Shown: positions 1-8,771, counted from the first letter of the stretch. The stretch: DNA of 64,000 nt from an uncultured Methanomassiliicoccales archaeon (GCA_964558505.1 CAZLEI010000004.1:9367-73366); one strand, 5' to 3'. The notes: generated by a model from the letters alone, not told the origin. Made by a program: numbers and translations.

Positions 1-2
1 TG

Positions 3-467
3 ATCGGGAGGAAGAAATCCAAGACTGCGTCCAGGGACGATCTGTACGACACCTGTGTCAAGGCTTTCGAGAACAACGATTGGAAGTACGTGGCAGACAA
101 GAAAGACTGCATAATCTACTCGGAGTTCACGGGGGACGATATGCCAATAGAGATATTCCTGGGGGTATCGGACACCATTCTGAATTACACATGCTTCCTC
201 GGTTTCAAGGCGGAATCGTCGAAGTACATGGAGGTCGCCTGGAGCCTCAACAGCATAAACAAGGACCTGACATTCGGGTCTTTCAGGCTGGATCCGGAGA
301 CCGGGCTCCTCACGTTCAACTACAGCCATCTCTATGTGGAATCCGCCCCGTCTTCCGACCTCATCGCCGCCATCATGAACATGGTCCTGGAGATCGTCGA
401 TAAGCATGACGGCGACCTGAAGAAGATCGCCGTCGTGACGGAGAATTCCAATCCGATGTTCGGGTGA
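3..467 (+). CDS. hypothetical protein, 5' partial (frame open to window edge); possibly YbjN-like
   Basis: Frame 3 has no stop from position 3; the ORF-track start at 90 is a GTG inside this frame. The protein-like translation continues upstream (…DDLYDTCVKAFENNDWKY…). The YbjN-like assignment is a weak guess from sequence pattern only. Confidence 0.5.
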   Translation: MGRKKSKTASRDDLYDTCVKAFENNDWKYVADKKDCIIYSEFTGDDMPIEIFLGVSDTILNYTCFLGFKAESSKYMEVAWSLNSINKDLTFGSFRLDPETGLLTFNYSHLYVESAPSSDLIAAIMNMVLEIVDKHDGDLKKIAVVTENSNPMFG

Positions 468-534
468 TTCCTGCACGATATCGCCGGTCCCGGGAGCATC
501 ATCGCCGGCGGCACACTGCCCGAGTCCCCGTGCC

Positions 535-1305
535 ATGTTCCGATGCGAGGGGCGGATGATATCCTGTCCGCGCATCCGAAAACGTATTACCCCTAATCGC
601 GATTGCCCGGGCGTGGCATTGCACGAGCGGTGGGTATCGGAGAGGCGTCAGGAGCATTATTACAAGCTCGCCAAGAAGCTGAACTACAGGTCCAGGGCAT
701 CCTTCAAACTGATGCAGTTGGACGACCGCTTCAATGTTTTCAAAGCCGGCGATTCCGTCGTCGACCTTGGGGCATGCCCCGGCGGCTGGCTCCAGGTGGC
801 CAAGGAGCGCGTCGGAGAGGATGGCCGCGTGATCGGCGTGGACCTCCGCCCGATCAGGCCGCTCGAGGGGATAGTCACGATCGTCGGGGACATAACCGAC
901 GACAAGACGCTCCTGGAGCTTCTGGACAAATTCGGCGGGAAGGCAGACGTCGTCCTGTCGGACATGGCACCGAACATCGCCGGCCATTATTCCATGGACC
1001 ACGCACGGTCCATGAACCTGTGCATGTACGCCATAGATGTATGCGACCGTGTCCTGAAGAAGAACGGAAAGCTGGTGATGAAGGCGTTCATGGGGGACAT
1101 GTTCTCATCGCTCGAGAAGGAACTGGACGGGCGCTTCCAATCCGTGCGCGTGACATCCCCGGATGCGTCAAGGGACACATCGTCGGAGGTGTACATAGTG
1201 TGCAAAGGGTTCCTGGCGAGCAAGAACGTCCGCATGGTCCGCCCCAAGCCGGAAGAGGCAGAGGCCCCCAAATCCGAGTTCACCGTCAAGGGGAACCTCG
1301 TATGA
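535..1305 (+). CDS. rlmE: 23S rRNA (uridine-2'-O)-methyltransferase RlmE/FtsJ
   Basis: Translation carries the FtsJ SAM-binding motif DLGACPGGW and a YRSRASFKL N-region. In-frame GTG at 613 (VALHERW…) is an alternative start; a TATA-like ACGTATTAC about 30 nt upstream of it would make the transcript leaderless. Confidence 0.85.
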   Translation: MFRCEGRMISCPRIRKRITPNRDCPGVALHERWVSERRQEHYYKLAKKLNYRSRASFKLMQLDDRFNVFKAGDSVVDLGACPGGWLQVAKERVGEDGRVIGVDLRPIRPLEGIVTIVGDITDDKTLLELLDKFGGKADVVLSDMAPNIAGHYSMDHARSMNLCMYAIDVCDRVLKKNGKLVMKAFMGDMFSSLEKELDGRFQSVRVTSPDASRDTSSEVYIVCKGFLASKNVRMVRPKPEEAEAPKSEFTVKGNLV

Positions 1306-1919
1306 GGCCGGGGAAGATAATCTGCATAGGCTGGAACTATCGTTCTCATCTGCATGAGACGGATGCGGAGCTTCCCACGGAGCCCATAGTCTTCCTGAAA
1401 CCGCCATCATGCATCATCGGTGACGGCGACGGCATAATCATACCCGACGGCGTCTCCAACGTGCAGCACGAGGTGGAGCTTGCCCTGGTGTTCGGCAGGA
1501 CCGGCAGGAACATCCCGGAATCCGAATCGATGTCCTATGTATCCCATGTCGCCGTGTTCAACGACATCACTGCCCGCGACATGCAGACCTCCGCCCGTGC
1601 AAGCGGGAATCCCTGGTCCCTGTCCAAGGGCATGGACACTTTCGGTCCTATGTCGGAGCCTGTGCCGGCCGACGGCCTGGACATCTCGGATCTGCGCATG
1701 GAACTAACGGTGAACGGTGTGCTGAGGCAGGCCGGGAGAACATCCGAGATGGTGTTCCCCATCCGCATGCTGATATCGTACGTCTCAAGATTCATGACCA
1801 TCGAGGCCGGGGACATAATGGCGACCGGGACGCCCGAGGGGATCGGGGAGATCCGTCGCGGGGACACCGTGTGCGCATCCATCGGCGGTGTCGGGTCCGT
1901 CACGAACATCGTCCGTTAA
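1302..1919 (+). CDS. fumarylacetoacetate hydrolase (FAH) family protein / 2-keto-4-pentenoate hydratase-like
   Basis: Translation MRPGKIICIGWNYRSHLHE…VFLKPPS…GTPEGIG matches FAH-family conserved blocks. ATG at 1302 overlaps the rlmE stop (ATGA). Confidence 0.85.
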   Translation: MRPGKIICIGWNYRSHLHETDAELPTEPIVFLKPPSCIIGDGDGIIIPDGVSNVQHEVELALVFGRTGRNIPESESMSYVSHVAVFNDITARDMQTSARASGNPWSLSKGMDTFGPMSEPVPADGLDISDLRMELTVNGVLRQAGRTSEMVFPIRMLISYVSRFMTIEAGDIMATGTPEGIGEIRRGDTVCASIGGVGSVTNIVR

Positions 1920-4666
1920 TCCCAGAATCTTTTATTCTTAGCGTACAGGATCTCCGCGTTCAATATGTCGCGGAGGAATTCGTCCTCGTCCACATACATG
2001 CTCCTGAGGATCCTGGATGCGGCATCCGGACCTACGCCCCTTCCGGCCAAGGCGTATGCCGCCCGGCGTCCGTGCTCATTCGCCAGGTTGGCTATGCGCT
2101 TGATCCTCATGATGTCCTTCTTCTCCTGGTCGGACAGCTTGGACGGGTCGGCCTTCAGCAACTTCACGGCCTCGCGGTCGTATTCTTTCAGGATGGCCAC
2201 CATGATGCCCCCGCATTGCGGACAGGTGAACTTCTTGGGTGCATCGCCGACCCTGAACCTCCATTGGCTCTTGCATGAGAGGCAGGTGGCGAACAGGACC
2301 TCGTCCTCGATCCTCTTCTTGAGCGCCATCAGGATGGAATGGTCTGCGCGAACCGGCTGCATGAGCTCTTTGGATCTGACGATCCCTTCCAGGCCGATGG
2401 GCGAGATCCCTCCCAGGACGACCCTGATCCTCCCTTCGGCGATGTCTGACACCGCCTTCTCTGCACACGGTATGTCCAGGTCCTCCCAGAGGACCTTGTT
2501 CACCGCCTCTTTGTAGGCGGGCGTGTCCTTGTGCATCTCGAAGAGCCTCGAGAAGTTCATGAACCTGTGGTCGGCGTCCTTGTTGATGATCCCGAACTTC
2601 TTGGCCACGAAGACGAACCTCCATCTCAGGTACGTGGAATTCAGGATCGTGAGCCTGGACAGCGCTTCGACCGTCCCGGGTTTAACGGACATGACGGTGT
2701 CGAGCAGCAGCTCCTTCTTGATATTGCGCGGAAGTTCCAGTATGATGCGGTACGGGTCGGTGGACACTCCTACGCTCTCTCCCAGCCTGGCGGTGAGCAG
2801 TGCGGCGTAGATCTTGCTCAAAGTCTCGTTCACCTTCGTGCCGAAGCAGCAGTTCACGATCGCCAGGCGGTCGCCGACCTCGAGGGTCACGGTCTCGTCC
2901 GTCGGTACGGTGTGCTTCTCCTTCTGATCCGAAATGAATCCCTTCACGCATTCCAGTGCGGCATCGTCCCCGGGGTACTGGGACAGGTTCTCCAGGCGCC
3001 TCATCGCCCCGACCTCTTGTGCGATGTCGTATGGCACGGGTATATCGGACCCGACCCACGATGGGACGGCACCGACATCGCGCGCTTCCTCGACGAGTAT
3101 CTCATCCTCCCTCATCTCGACGATGCGCCAGGTGCGGCCTTTGGCTATGAACATGGCGTACTCTTCGGCGAAGCTCGCCACGAAGCTCTCGTCGAGCGTC
3201 CCGATGACCGCACGTGTGCCGATGTCGCGTATCATGTACGAGCGTTCGTCGGGTATCATCGATATGTTGCTGTAGAAGTAATCCATGCCCTTCTTGGAAC
3301 GTCTGAAACCATCATCGTCCTCGAAGAGAAGCTTGATGGATTTCAGCTGTTCGAGGACAGCGTCCATATCCGACCTCTCGAGGTCCCTGAACACATGGGA
3401 CCGTCTGAACGTCTCGAAGGCCTCGTCCCGGGTTATGCGTTTGGCCATGGTCATGGCCACCAATTGGTTGGCTACCACGCTGAGGGGGCTGGTGCGCCCG
3501 ACCTTGTCCTCGAGCTCCTTGGCATCGCATTTCCTGGCGATGACCAGTGATTCCGCGACCTCGTCCGGGGCAGTGGCGAGGATGACCGCGCGGATGGTCT
3601 CGCCGATCCTGTGCCCTGCGCGCCCTGCGCGCTGGATCATGCGCGCCACCTGCCTCGGGGAATTGTACTGTATGACAAGGTCGGTAGTTCCGACATCGAT
3701 TCCAAGTTCCAATGACGAGGTGCACACGAGCGCTTTGGTCTCCCCGCGCTTGAAACTGTCCTCCATCTCTATGCGGTTCTCCTTGGACAGGGACCCGTGG
3801 TGGACGTCGATTGGCAGGGTCTCGTCCCAGAGGCGGTATCTGGCGGCCAGCCACTCCGCGGTCTCCCTGGTGTTCACGAAGAACAGGGTGGAGTTCCCCT
3901 CTTCTATCATCTTGCGGGCGCGGACCATTACGGCCACGATGTCAGGGTCCCCCTGGAGCTTGTCCTGGAGTGCCACCTCGTCATCCCTGGGGGACGGTTT
4001 CTCGACACGGATGTCGAAATCCCTGAACGTGTCGTGTTTGGAGATGATGCAGTCCCGGCCGACCCCCATGAGGAAATGCGCGACCTCGCCGATGTTCCCC
4101 ACGGTGGCGGAAAGCCCGATCCTCTGGTAATTGCCGGCGAGGCCGGCAAGCCTTTCCATGGCGACGCTGAGCTGAGCTCCGCGCTCGGTGGTGGCCAGTT
4201 CATGGATCTCGTCCACGACGAACCATCTGACGTTCTTCAGATGCTGTACCAGGTTTTTCCCCGTGAACATTATCTGCATGGTCTCGGGGGTGGTGATGAG
4301 GATATCGGGGGGATTCGCCGATTGTTTCGCCCTCTCGGCCGCGGGGGTGTCCCCGTGCCTGACCCCGACCTTGATGTCCAGGGATTTCCCGTAATCCTCC
4401 ATCCTCTTCAGCATGTCCCTGTTGAGCGCGCGCAGAGGGGTGACGTATATGCACTGTATGCCTTTTCGACCGGGGTTGCGATGGATGTCGTCTAGGATCG
4501 GCAGCATCGCGGCCTCCGTCTTCCCGATGCCGGTCGGGGCCACGAGAAGTATGTCCTTGCCGGCTTGGATTATGGGTATGGCCGCCCTCTGAGGGTCGGT
4601 GGGCGATGTTATCCCCCGGTCTCTCAGAATGGAGACGATGTCAGGGGATAGTGTATCGAATTGCAT
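1916..4666 (-). CDS. lhr: Lhr-type (large helicase-related) DEAD/DEAH-box ATP-dependent helicase
   Basis: 916 aa with Walker A APTGIGKT, DEIH box, SAT and QRAGRAGH motifs, then a long Lhr-type C-terminal extension ending in a Cys4 zinc ribbon (CLSCKSQW…CPQCGG). Confidence 0.9.
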   Translation of the reverse strand: MQFDTLSPDIVSILRDRGITSPTDPQRAAIPIIQAGKDILLVAPTGIGKTEAAMLPILDDIHRNPGRKGIQCIYVTPLRALNRDMLKRMEDYGKSLDIKVGVRHGDTPAAERAKQSANPPDILITTPETMQIMFTGKNLVQHLKNVRWFVVDEIHELATTERGAQLSVAMERLAGLAGNYQRIGLSATVGNIGEVAHFLMGVGRDCIISKHDTFRDFDIRVEKPSPRDDEVALQDKLQGDPDIVAVMVRARKMIEEGNSTLFFVNTRETAEWLAARYRLWDETLPIDVHHGSLSKENRIEMEDSFKRGETKALVCTSSLELGIDVGTTDLVIQYNSPRQVARMIQRAGRAGHRIGETIRAVILATAPDEVAESLVIARKCDAKELEDKVGRTSPLSVVANQLVAMTMAKRITRDEAFETFRRSHVFRDLERSDMDAVLEQLKSIKLLFEDDDGFRRSKKGMDYFYSNISMIPDERSYMIRDIGTRAVIGTLDESFVASFAEEYAMFIAKGRTWRIVEMREDEILVEEARDVGAVPSWVGSDIPVPYDIAQEVGAMRRLENLSQYPGDDAALECVKGFISDQKEKHTVPTDETVTLEVGDRLAIVNCCFGTKVNETLSKIYAALLTARLGESVGVSTDPYRIILELPRNIKKELLLDTVMSVKPGTVEALSRLTILNSTYLRWRFVFVAKKFGIINKDADHRFMNFSRLFEMHKDTPAYKEAVNKVLWEDLDIPCAEKAVSDIAEGRIRVVLGGISPIGLEGIVRSKELMQPVRADHSILMALKKRIEDEVLFATCLSCKSQWRFRVGDAPKKFTCPQCGGIMVAILKEYDREAVKLLKADPSKLSDQEKKDIMRIKRIANLANEHGRRAAYALAGRGVGPDAASRILRSMYVDEDEFLRDILNAEILYAKNKRFWD

Positions 4667-4720
4667 TTCACAAAAAATGAAGAAAGAGCACCGGGCAGGA
4701 GCCCGATGCTCATGAAGGGA

Positions 4721-6412
4721 TCATTTCCTCTTCTTGTTGTTCCTGATGATGCGGAGGTTCTCTTTCACCGCAGCGCGGATCTCGGTGGCCTGGTCCTCTC
4801 CGTCGGTGATGTCGGACTCTTTGAAGTGGAGGACTATCCATCCCTCTTCGCGGAGTTTGTCATCATTGCTCGTGTCGGCGGCCTCTCCGTCGACATAGAC
4901 GGCGACCAAGCTCTTCACGAAAGCGACGGGTATCTCGCAGGGACCGTAGTTCTTCCTGCACCTGAGGCCCTTGTTCCATGCCGCCCTCCTGAGGAGGGTC
5001 GACGGCGAGTTGTCGAACTCCAGGGTCTCGAAGTCGCCATCGGAGTCGGAGATCTCATCTTCGGATTCCTCTGCGGCCGCGATCGCGACCGGCTCCTCTT
5101 TGGCGGGAAGCGCCTCGATGGGCTCTGCCGCGGGGAGGACATCGATGGGCTTGGCTGCCGGGATGGCAGACACGGCCTCGGCCGCTTTGGCGACGGGGGC
5201 TTTCTCTTTCGGTTCTTCCTTGGGGACTTCCTTCGGTTCTTCCTTGGGTGCGGTGACCTGCAGGAGCATCTGCGAGATGTCCATTATCTTGATCTTCGAC
5301 CCGATCTTCTTCGCTCCCGCGGACAGGTTGAGCACGCAGAAGGGACAGGAGGTGATGAGCACTTCCGCACCGACTGCCTCCGCATCCCTGACCCTCTCGG
5401 CAGCGATATTGACGGCGAAATCGTTGAATTGGCTCTTGTATCCGCCGCCTGCGCCGCAGCACCTGGAGTTCATCCTGTTGCGGGTCATCTCGACGAATTC
5501 GACGCCCTTGATCTTCTTGAGGATGTTCCTGGGCTCCTCGAAGACGCCGGAGTGCCTTCCGAGGTGGCAGGGGTCGTGGTACGTGACCTTTGCCTTGAAC
5601 TCGTTGTTGAGGGGGAGTTTCCTCTCGCTGATGAGCCTGTCCACGTACTGTGTGAAGTGATAGACGTTCTGTCCGACTTTGGCGAAGTAGTTGCCGAAGT
5701 CGTGGGAGACGGTCTTGTAGCATCCGGAGCAGGTCATGACCATGTCCTTCGCTCCGATCCCGTCTGCCTTGTTGACGACGGTCTCAGCGGCGACAGCGGT
5801 GAGGCTGAGGTTCCCGGTCCTGAGTGCAGGTGAAGTGCAGCAGTACTCGTCGGCACCGAGGCAGTTCATCTTGACACCGGCGCGGTCGAGGACGACGACA
5901 CCGGCCTGTGCGATACCCTGCATCCTGTACGATCCGGTGCATCCGGCGAAGAAGACGACATCAGGCACGGCTGCCCTCTCGACGTTCGCAGGCCACCATG
6001 CGTCCCTTTTCTGAGGGGACTCCTTGTACGGGTTGCGGTTGGCCGCTATGCTGTTGGCGAGCGACTTGTGCGCGGACAGGGGGGCGACGCCTTCCTGGAC
6101 GAGCCATGCCCTGACCTTCTCCCAGAATTCGACGAGGCGGATCTGCGCGTGGCAGACGGCCTCGCAATTGCCGCATCCGGTGCACTTGTACATCGCATCA
6201 ACGAACTCGGGGCTGAGTGTGATGTTCCTGCTGAGCAGGCCGTCCATCACGCCAGCTCCTCTTTTGTCAAGCTGGCTGAGATAGTAGATCTTTCCCCTGG
6301 GCGTCACGGACTCCCATGGTGTCTGGGAGTGCGCCTCACAGACGTCGATGCAATAACCGCACTGAACACAGGCGGTCATCTCCTTCTGGATACGCGGCAT
6401 TTTGTCCAACAT
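4721..6412 (-). CDS. HdrD/GlpC-family iron-sulfur protein (2x[4Fe-4S] + 2 CCG domains) fused to a C-terminal DUF559/Vsr-like endonuclease-fold domain
   Basis: N-terminus has two CX2CX2CX3C ferredoxin motifs (CVQCGYCIDVC, CTGCGNCEAVC) and two Cys-rich CCG-type domains (…YCCTSP…, …RCCGAGGG…TSCPFC). A PKEEPKE-rich low-complexity linker follows. The last ~100 aa (LLRRAAWNKGLRCRKNYGPCEIPVAFVKSLVAVYVDGE…EEGWIVLHF) follows the Vsr/DUF559 pattern. Confidence 0.85.
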   Translation of the reverse strand: MLDKMPRIQKEMTACVQCGYCIDVCEAHSQTPWESVTPRGKIYYLSQLDKRGAGVMDGLLSRNITLSPEFVDAMYKCTGCGNCEAVCHAQIRLVEFWEKVRAWLVQEGVAPLSAHKSLANSIAANRNPYKESPQKRDAWWPANVERAAVPDVVFFAGCTGSYRMQGIAQAGVVVLDRAGVKMNCLGADEYCCTSPALRTGNLSLTAVAAETVVNKADGIGAKDMVMTCSGCYKTVSHDFGNYFAKVGQNVYHFTQYVDRLISERKLPLNNEFKAKVTYHDPCHLGRHSGVFEEPRNILKKIKGVEFVEMTRNRMNSRCCGAGGGYKSQFNDFAVNIAAERVRDAEAVGAEVLITSCPFCVLNLSAGAKKIGSKIKIMDISQMLLQVTAPKEEPKEVPKEEPKEKAPVAKAAEAVSAIPAAKPIDVLPAAEPIEALPAKEEPVAIAAAEESEDEISDSDGDFETLEFDNSPSTLLRRAAWNKGLRCRKNYGPCEIPVAFVKSLVAVYVDGEAADTSNDDKLREEGWIVLHFKESDITDGEDQATEIRAAVKENLRIIRNNKKRK

Positions 6413-6652
6413 ACGTCTTCCTCTTTATCGTGAATGGCGGCGTACCCTTCAGGTTCGCCTCCTTCTAATAAGGGAAAGGACATGTTAGCACAATATTTAG
6501 GCTTTCGGTTCTTCCGGCGGAGCCCTGATGTCGTCTGAAACATATGCGGACGGGCATTCGGCCGTACGGTGCCAGCCATCGATATCGGGAACAGTCGGCA
6601 CGCTTCATCGAACAGAGGGTCCGAAGTAAATAGCCAGCATGGCCGATTCCCA

Positions 6653-7027
6653 TCATGAGGCCAGTGAGATGGCCACTATCCTGCCCACGGCCGCACCGCC
6701 TACGCAGATGAACGTGTTGATGACGAAGTTGACCACCGCCAGCCCGGTCATGCCGGATGTGTATAGTTCCAGCGTTTCGACCGAGAACGACGACATGGTC
6801 GTGAATGCACCGAACAGTCCTATGAACAGGAAGCTCCTGATCTCGGCAGGCACCGAGCTCATGGAGAAAAGCAAAGCGGTCATCAGGAAGCACCCCGCGA
6901 AATTGACTATGAACGTGTTCCACGGTATCCCGCCCGGGTTCGTGACATATGTGCCCACCAGGCAGCGGAGCACTGCCCCGATCGCACCGCCGGCGGCGAC
7001 CAGCAGGAAAAATGTCAGCTGATCCAT
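6653..7027 (-). CDS. crcB: fluoride ion channel CrcB/Fluc
   Basis: Translation GGAIGAVLRCL…FLFIGLFGAFTTMSSFSVE matches CrcB motifs. Start chosen at ATG 7027 (MDQLTFF…), which gives the family-typical N-terminal length and has GAGGTG (Shine-Dalgarno-like) 8 nt upstream. The ORF track extends to GTG 7072. Confidence 0.85.
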   Translation of the reverse strand: MDQLTFFLLVAAGGAIGAVLRCLVGTYVTNPGGIPWNTFIVNFAGCFLMTALLFSMSSVPAEIRSFLFIGLFGAFTTMSSFSVETLELYTSGMTGLAVVNFVINTFICVGGAAVGRIVAISLAS

Positions 7028-7104
7028 CCGCACACCTCTTTCAACCACATTGCTCTGACGCATCTCAGGCACCTCTCGAACATCTCATTCACGATCCTGC
7101 AAGG

Positions 7105-7190
7105 CGTTGGCCGTTGCCATGGACGGTAGGAATCATCAGCGTATGCGGTTCCGGCGCTCGGCCGGGGGAGAAATCCATTCCCCGGACATA
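7105..7190 (-). promoter_or_regulatory. possible fluoride-riboswitch-like leader upstream of crcB (tentative)
   Basis: The minus-strand leader contains GCUGAUGAUUCCUACC, resembling the conserved 3' strand of the crcB RNA motif (…CUGAUGnCCUCUAC). It is preceded by a CCGGC…GCCGG stem, but the overall fold could not be fitted to the consensus by eye. Confidence 0.25.
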
Positions 7191-7284
7191 TGTCCGACAG
7201 CCGGAACGGTCAGAGGTTGAATAATGTTTCGGGACGCCGTCGTCCCGGGTGGTAAATGCGCCATTGGCGGCCGAATGATAATTA

Positions 7285-7358
7285 GTGGGCCTGGCCGGAT
7301 TTGAACCGACGGCCATCTGGTTATGAGCCAGACGCTCCACCAGCCTAAGCTACAGGCC
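7285..7358 (-). tRNA. tRNA-Met (anticodon CAT; elongator Met or Ile2-type, not initiator)
   Basis: Cloverleaf folds by hand: acceptor GGGCCUG/CAGGCCC, anticodon loop CUCAUAA, T-loop GGUUCAAAUCC, discriminator A. G1:C73 argues against an initiator. Confidence 0.85.
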
Positions 7359-7424
7359 CGTATGTGCGGTTAGACCCGATAAAGATAAAAAGATATCGGT
7401 TCAAACTGCGCGAAATGAAGAATA

Positions 7425-7500
7425 TGGCGCCGTCGCACGGGCTCGAACCGTGGACCTTGTGATTAACAGTCACACGCTCTACCAACTGAGCTACGACGGC
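7425..7500 (-). tRNA. tRNA-Asn (GTT), CCA encoded
   Basis: Acceptor GCCGUCG/CGACGGC, anticodon stem UGUGA/UCACA with loop CUGUUAA, T-arm CACGG-UUCGAGC-CCGUG. The 3' CCA is present in the DNA. Confidence 0.9.
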
Positions 7501-7525
7501 AGACCTATTGCAGCAAAAGTAAGAC

Positions 7526-7537
7526 TAATATTAAAGG
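7526..7537 (-). promoter_or_regulatory. TATA-like box (CTTTAATATTAG on the minus strand) about 30 nt upstream of tRNA-Asn
   Basis: AT-rich TATA-like element at the expected distance from the tRNA 5' end. Confidence 0.3.
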
Positions 7538-7538
7538 G

Positions 7539-7850
7539 TTATGGGCGTTCCGCGGTCTCGGTCTTCATTTTGACGACCATATCCGCCAAACTGTCCAGTC
7601 TTCCTGCGAGGCTTTTCATGAATTCCTCGTAATATTCCGTGACGACCGCTCCCTCGGAGGTGGCGGAGATCAGGCCGTCATTCTCCAGAAGGCGAAGGGA
7701 GTACCTGACCTTGTGCTTCGGTATGTCCAGCATCTCCGATAGACGTGTAAGGCCGATCGGTTGGTTGTCCTTGGTGACCGTCAGCATGCGGATGTGGCGC
7801 TCCAGGAGCTCCATCTCGTCATATGCCCTGCCGAAAACTCCGTCCTTCAT
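7539..7850 (-). CDS. small winged-helix DNA-binding protein (putative transcriptional regulator)
   Basis: 103 aa; the central segment LTRLSEMLDIPKHKVRYSLRLLENDGLI is a typical HTH/winged-helix recognition pattern. Confidence 0.6.
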   Translation of the reverse strand: MKDGVFGRAYDEMELLERHIRMLTVTKDNQPIGLTRLSEMLDIPKHKVRYSLRLLENDGLISATSEGAVVTEYYEEFMKSLAGRLDSLADMVVKMKTETAERP

Positions 7851-7958
7851 AAGACACCATCTGAATATGTGTATATAACCGTGCTATCGGATAGCAGTGT
7901 CAGAAGCGCTGCTGACACAAAACCACATGTCTGGTTGCGACGGCAGCAGGTCGCCGGA

Positions 7959-8129
7959 TCAGCGGCCGAACCAATACTGTCTTCCCCACTTGCTGTAGTT
8001 CGCCCACCATCCCTGGATGAACGATCCGCAACAGTCGAGGGCCTTCTGCTCTGCGTCGGGGCCTTTATAGGTCTTGTAGCAGTTCAGGCACTGGAATCTG
8101 AGATCAACTTCCTTAGCTTTCTTTGCCAT
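7959..8129 (-). CDS. small Cys-rich (zinc-ribbon-like) protein, 56 aa, not in the ORF track
   Basis: The reverse complement translates to MAKKAKEVDLRFQCLNCYKTYKGPDAEQKALDCCGSFIQGWWANYSKWGRQYWFGR*. It has a CxxC…CC pattern, lies in an otherwise empty 400-bp gap, and uses GC3-rich codons like neighbouring genes. Confidence 0.35.
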   Translation of the reverse strand: MAKKAKEVDLRFQCLNCYKTYKGPDAEQKALDCCGSFIQGWWANYSKWGRQYWFGR

Positions 8130-8266
8130 ATGTAACCCGATTGTCCGCTCTGTTAATAAATGTTGGCGATAGTGCCGATGGCGGCGCCTGGGATGGAAAA
8201 TCCATCGTATCGAATAGAAACAACGTGCAAATATTATATATATTTACAAGAACGTGCGTCTAGTCT

Positions 8267-8767
8267 ATGAACAGAATCAAGGTCATCAACGAACCTTCTG
8301 AGCTTGTGCCCATGCTCAGGTCCGTGGACACTCCAGTGAAAAGGGATGTCCTCAAGGAAGTGACCTTGGAGTGGAGGACCGCCGACGAGATCGAGAAGAA
8401 ATTCGGCTCGGAAGGCAGGGACGCGATCATCTTCTTCGAGAAGATGAAATTGGTGGAGACACGCTGGCTTTCCACCAACGGTAATTATCCCGAAAAATCC
8501 TACCACACATACTACACTTCCTTCCATATCAATGCACAGTGGCCCGTGTATGAGATCTCGGATGTACTGGCAGCCGCCATGATGAGTGCCGAGGAATACG
8601 GGGACATCGAGGATAGGATACTGAAAGAGGTCGGTAAGGACGGACGTTTTTCCGGAGATGTCGCGGAAGCGCTAGGTCTCACATCCACTATGCTCAAGAG
8701 CCTGGTCAGGCGGTCGGTCAAGATGGACTACCGCGGACACAGGATCGAGATGATTCACGAAGAGTAA
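8267..8767 (+). CDS. hypothetical protein with ArsR-like winged-helix N-terminus
   Basis: 166 aa. The N-terminal LVPMLRSVDTPVKRDVLKEV…ADEIEKKFG resembles an ArsR-type HTH; the C-terminus carries a second HTH-like segment. Confidence 0.6.
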   Translation: MNRIKVINEPSELVPMLRSVDTPVKRDVLKEVTLEWRTADEIEKKFGSEGRDAIIFFEKMKLVETRWLSTNGNYPEKSYHTYYTSFHINAQWPVYEISDVLAAAMMSAEEYGDIEDRILKEVGKDGRFSGDVAEALGLTSTMLKSLVRRSVKMDYRGHRIEMIHEE

Positions 8768-8771
8768 GACG

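Noticed and set aside
603-1919. 438-aa ORF-track entry spanning rlmE and the FAH gene
   Set aside because: Its first ~230 aa are an Arg/Pro-rich alternative-frame read-through of rlmE. Only the 3' part (from ATG 1302) is a real gene, the FAH-family protein.
2531-4495. Several 200-340-aa plus-strand ORFs (2531-3550, 3285-4130, 3797-4495) inside the lhr locus
   Set aside because: They are antisense to a well-supported helicase gene and have Arg/Gly/His-rich low-complexity translations typical of GC-rich antisense frames.
7285-8767. Possible integrated mobile element next to the tRNA-Met/tRNA-Asn pair
   Set aside because: No integrase, transposase or phage-like genes. No direct repeat of a tRNA 3' end was seen. 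Flanking genes are small regulators and housekeeping.
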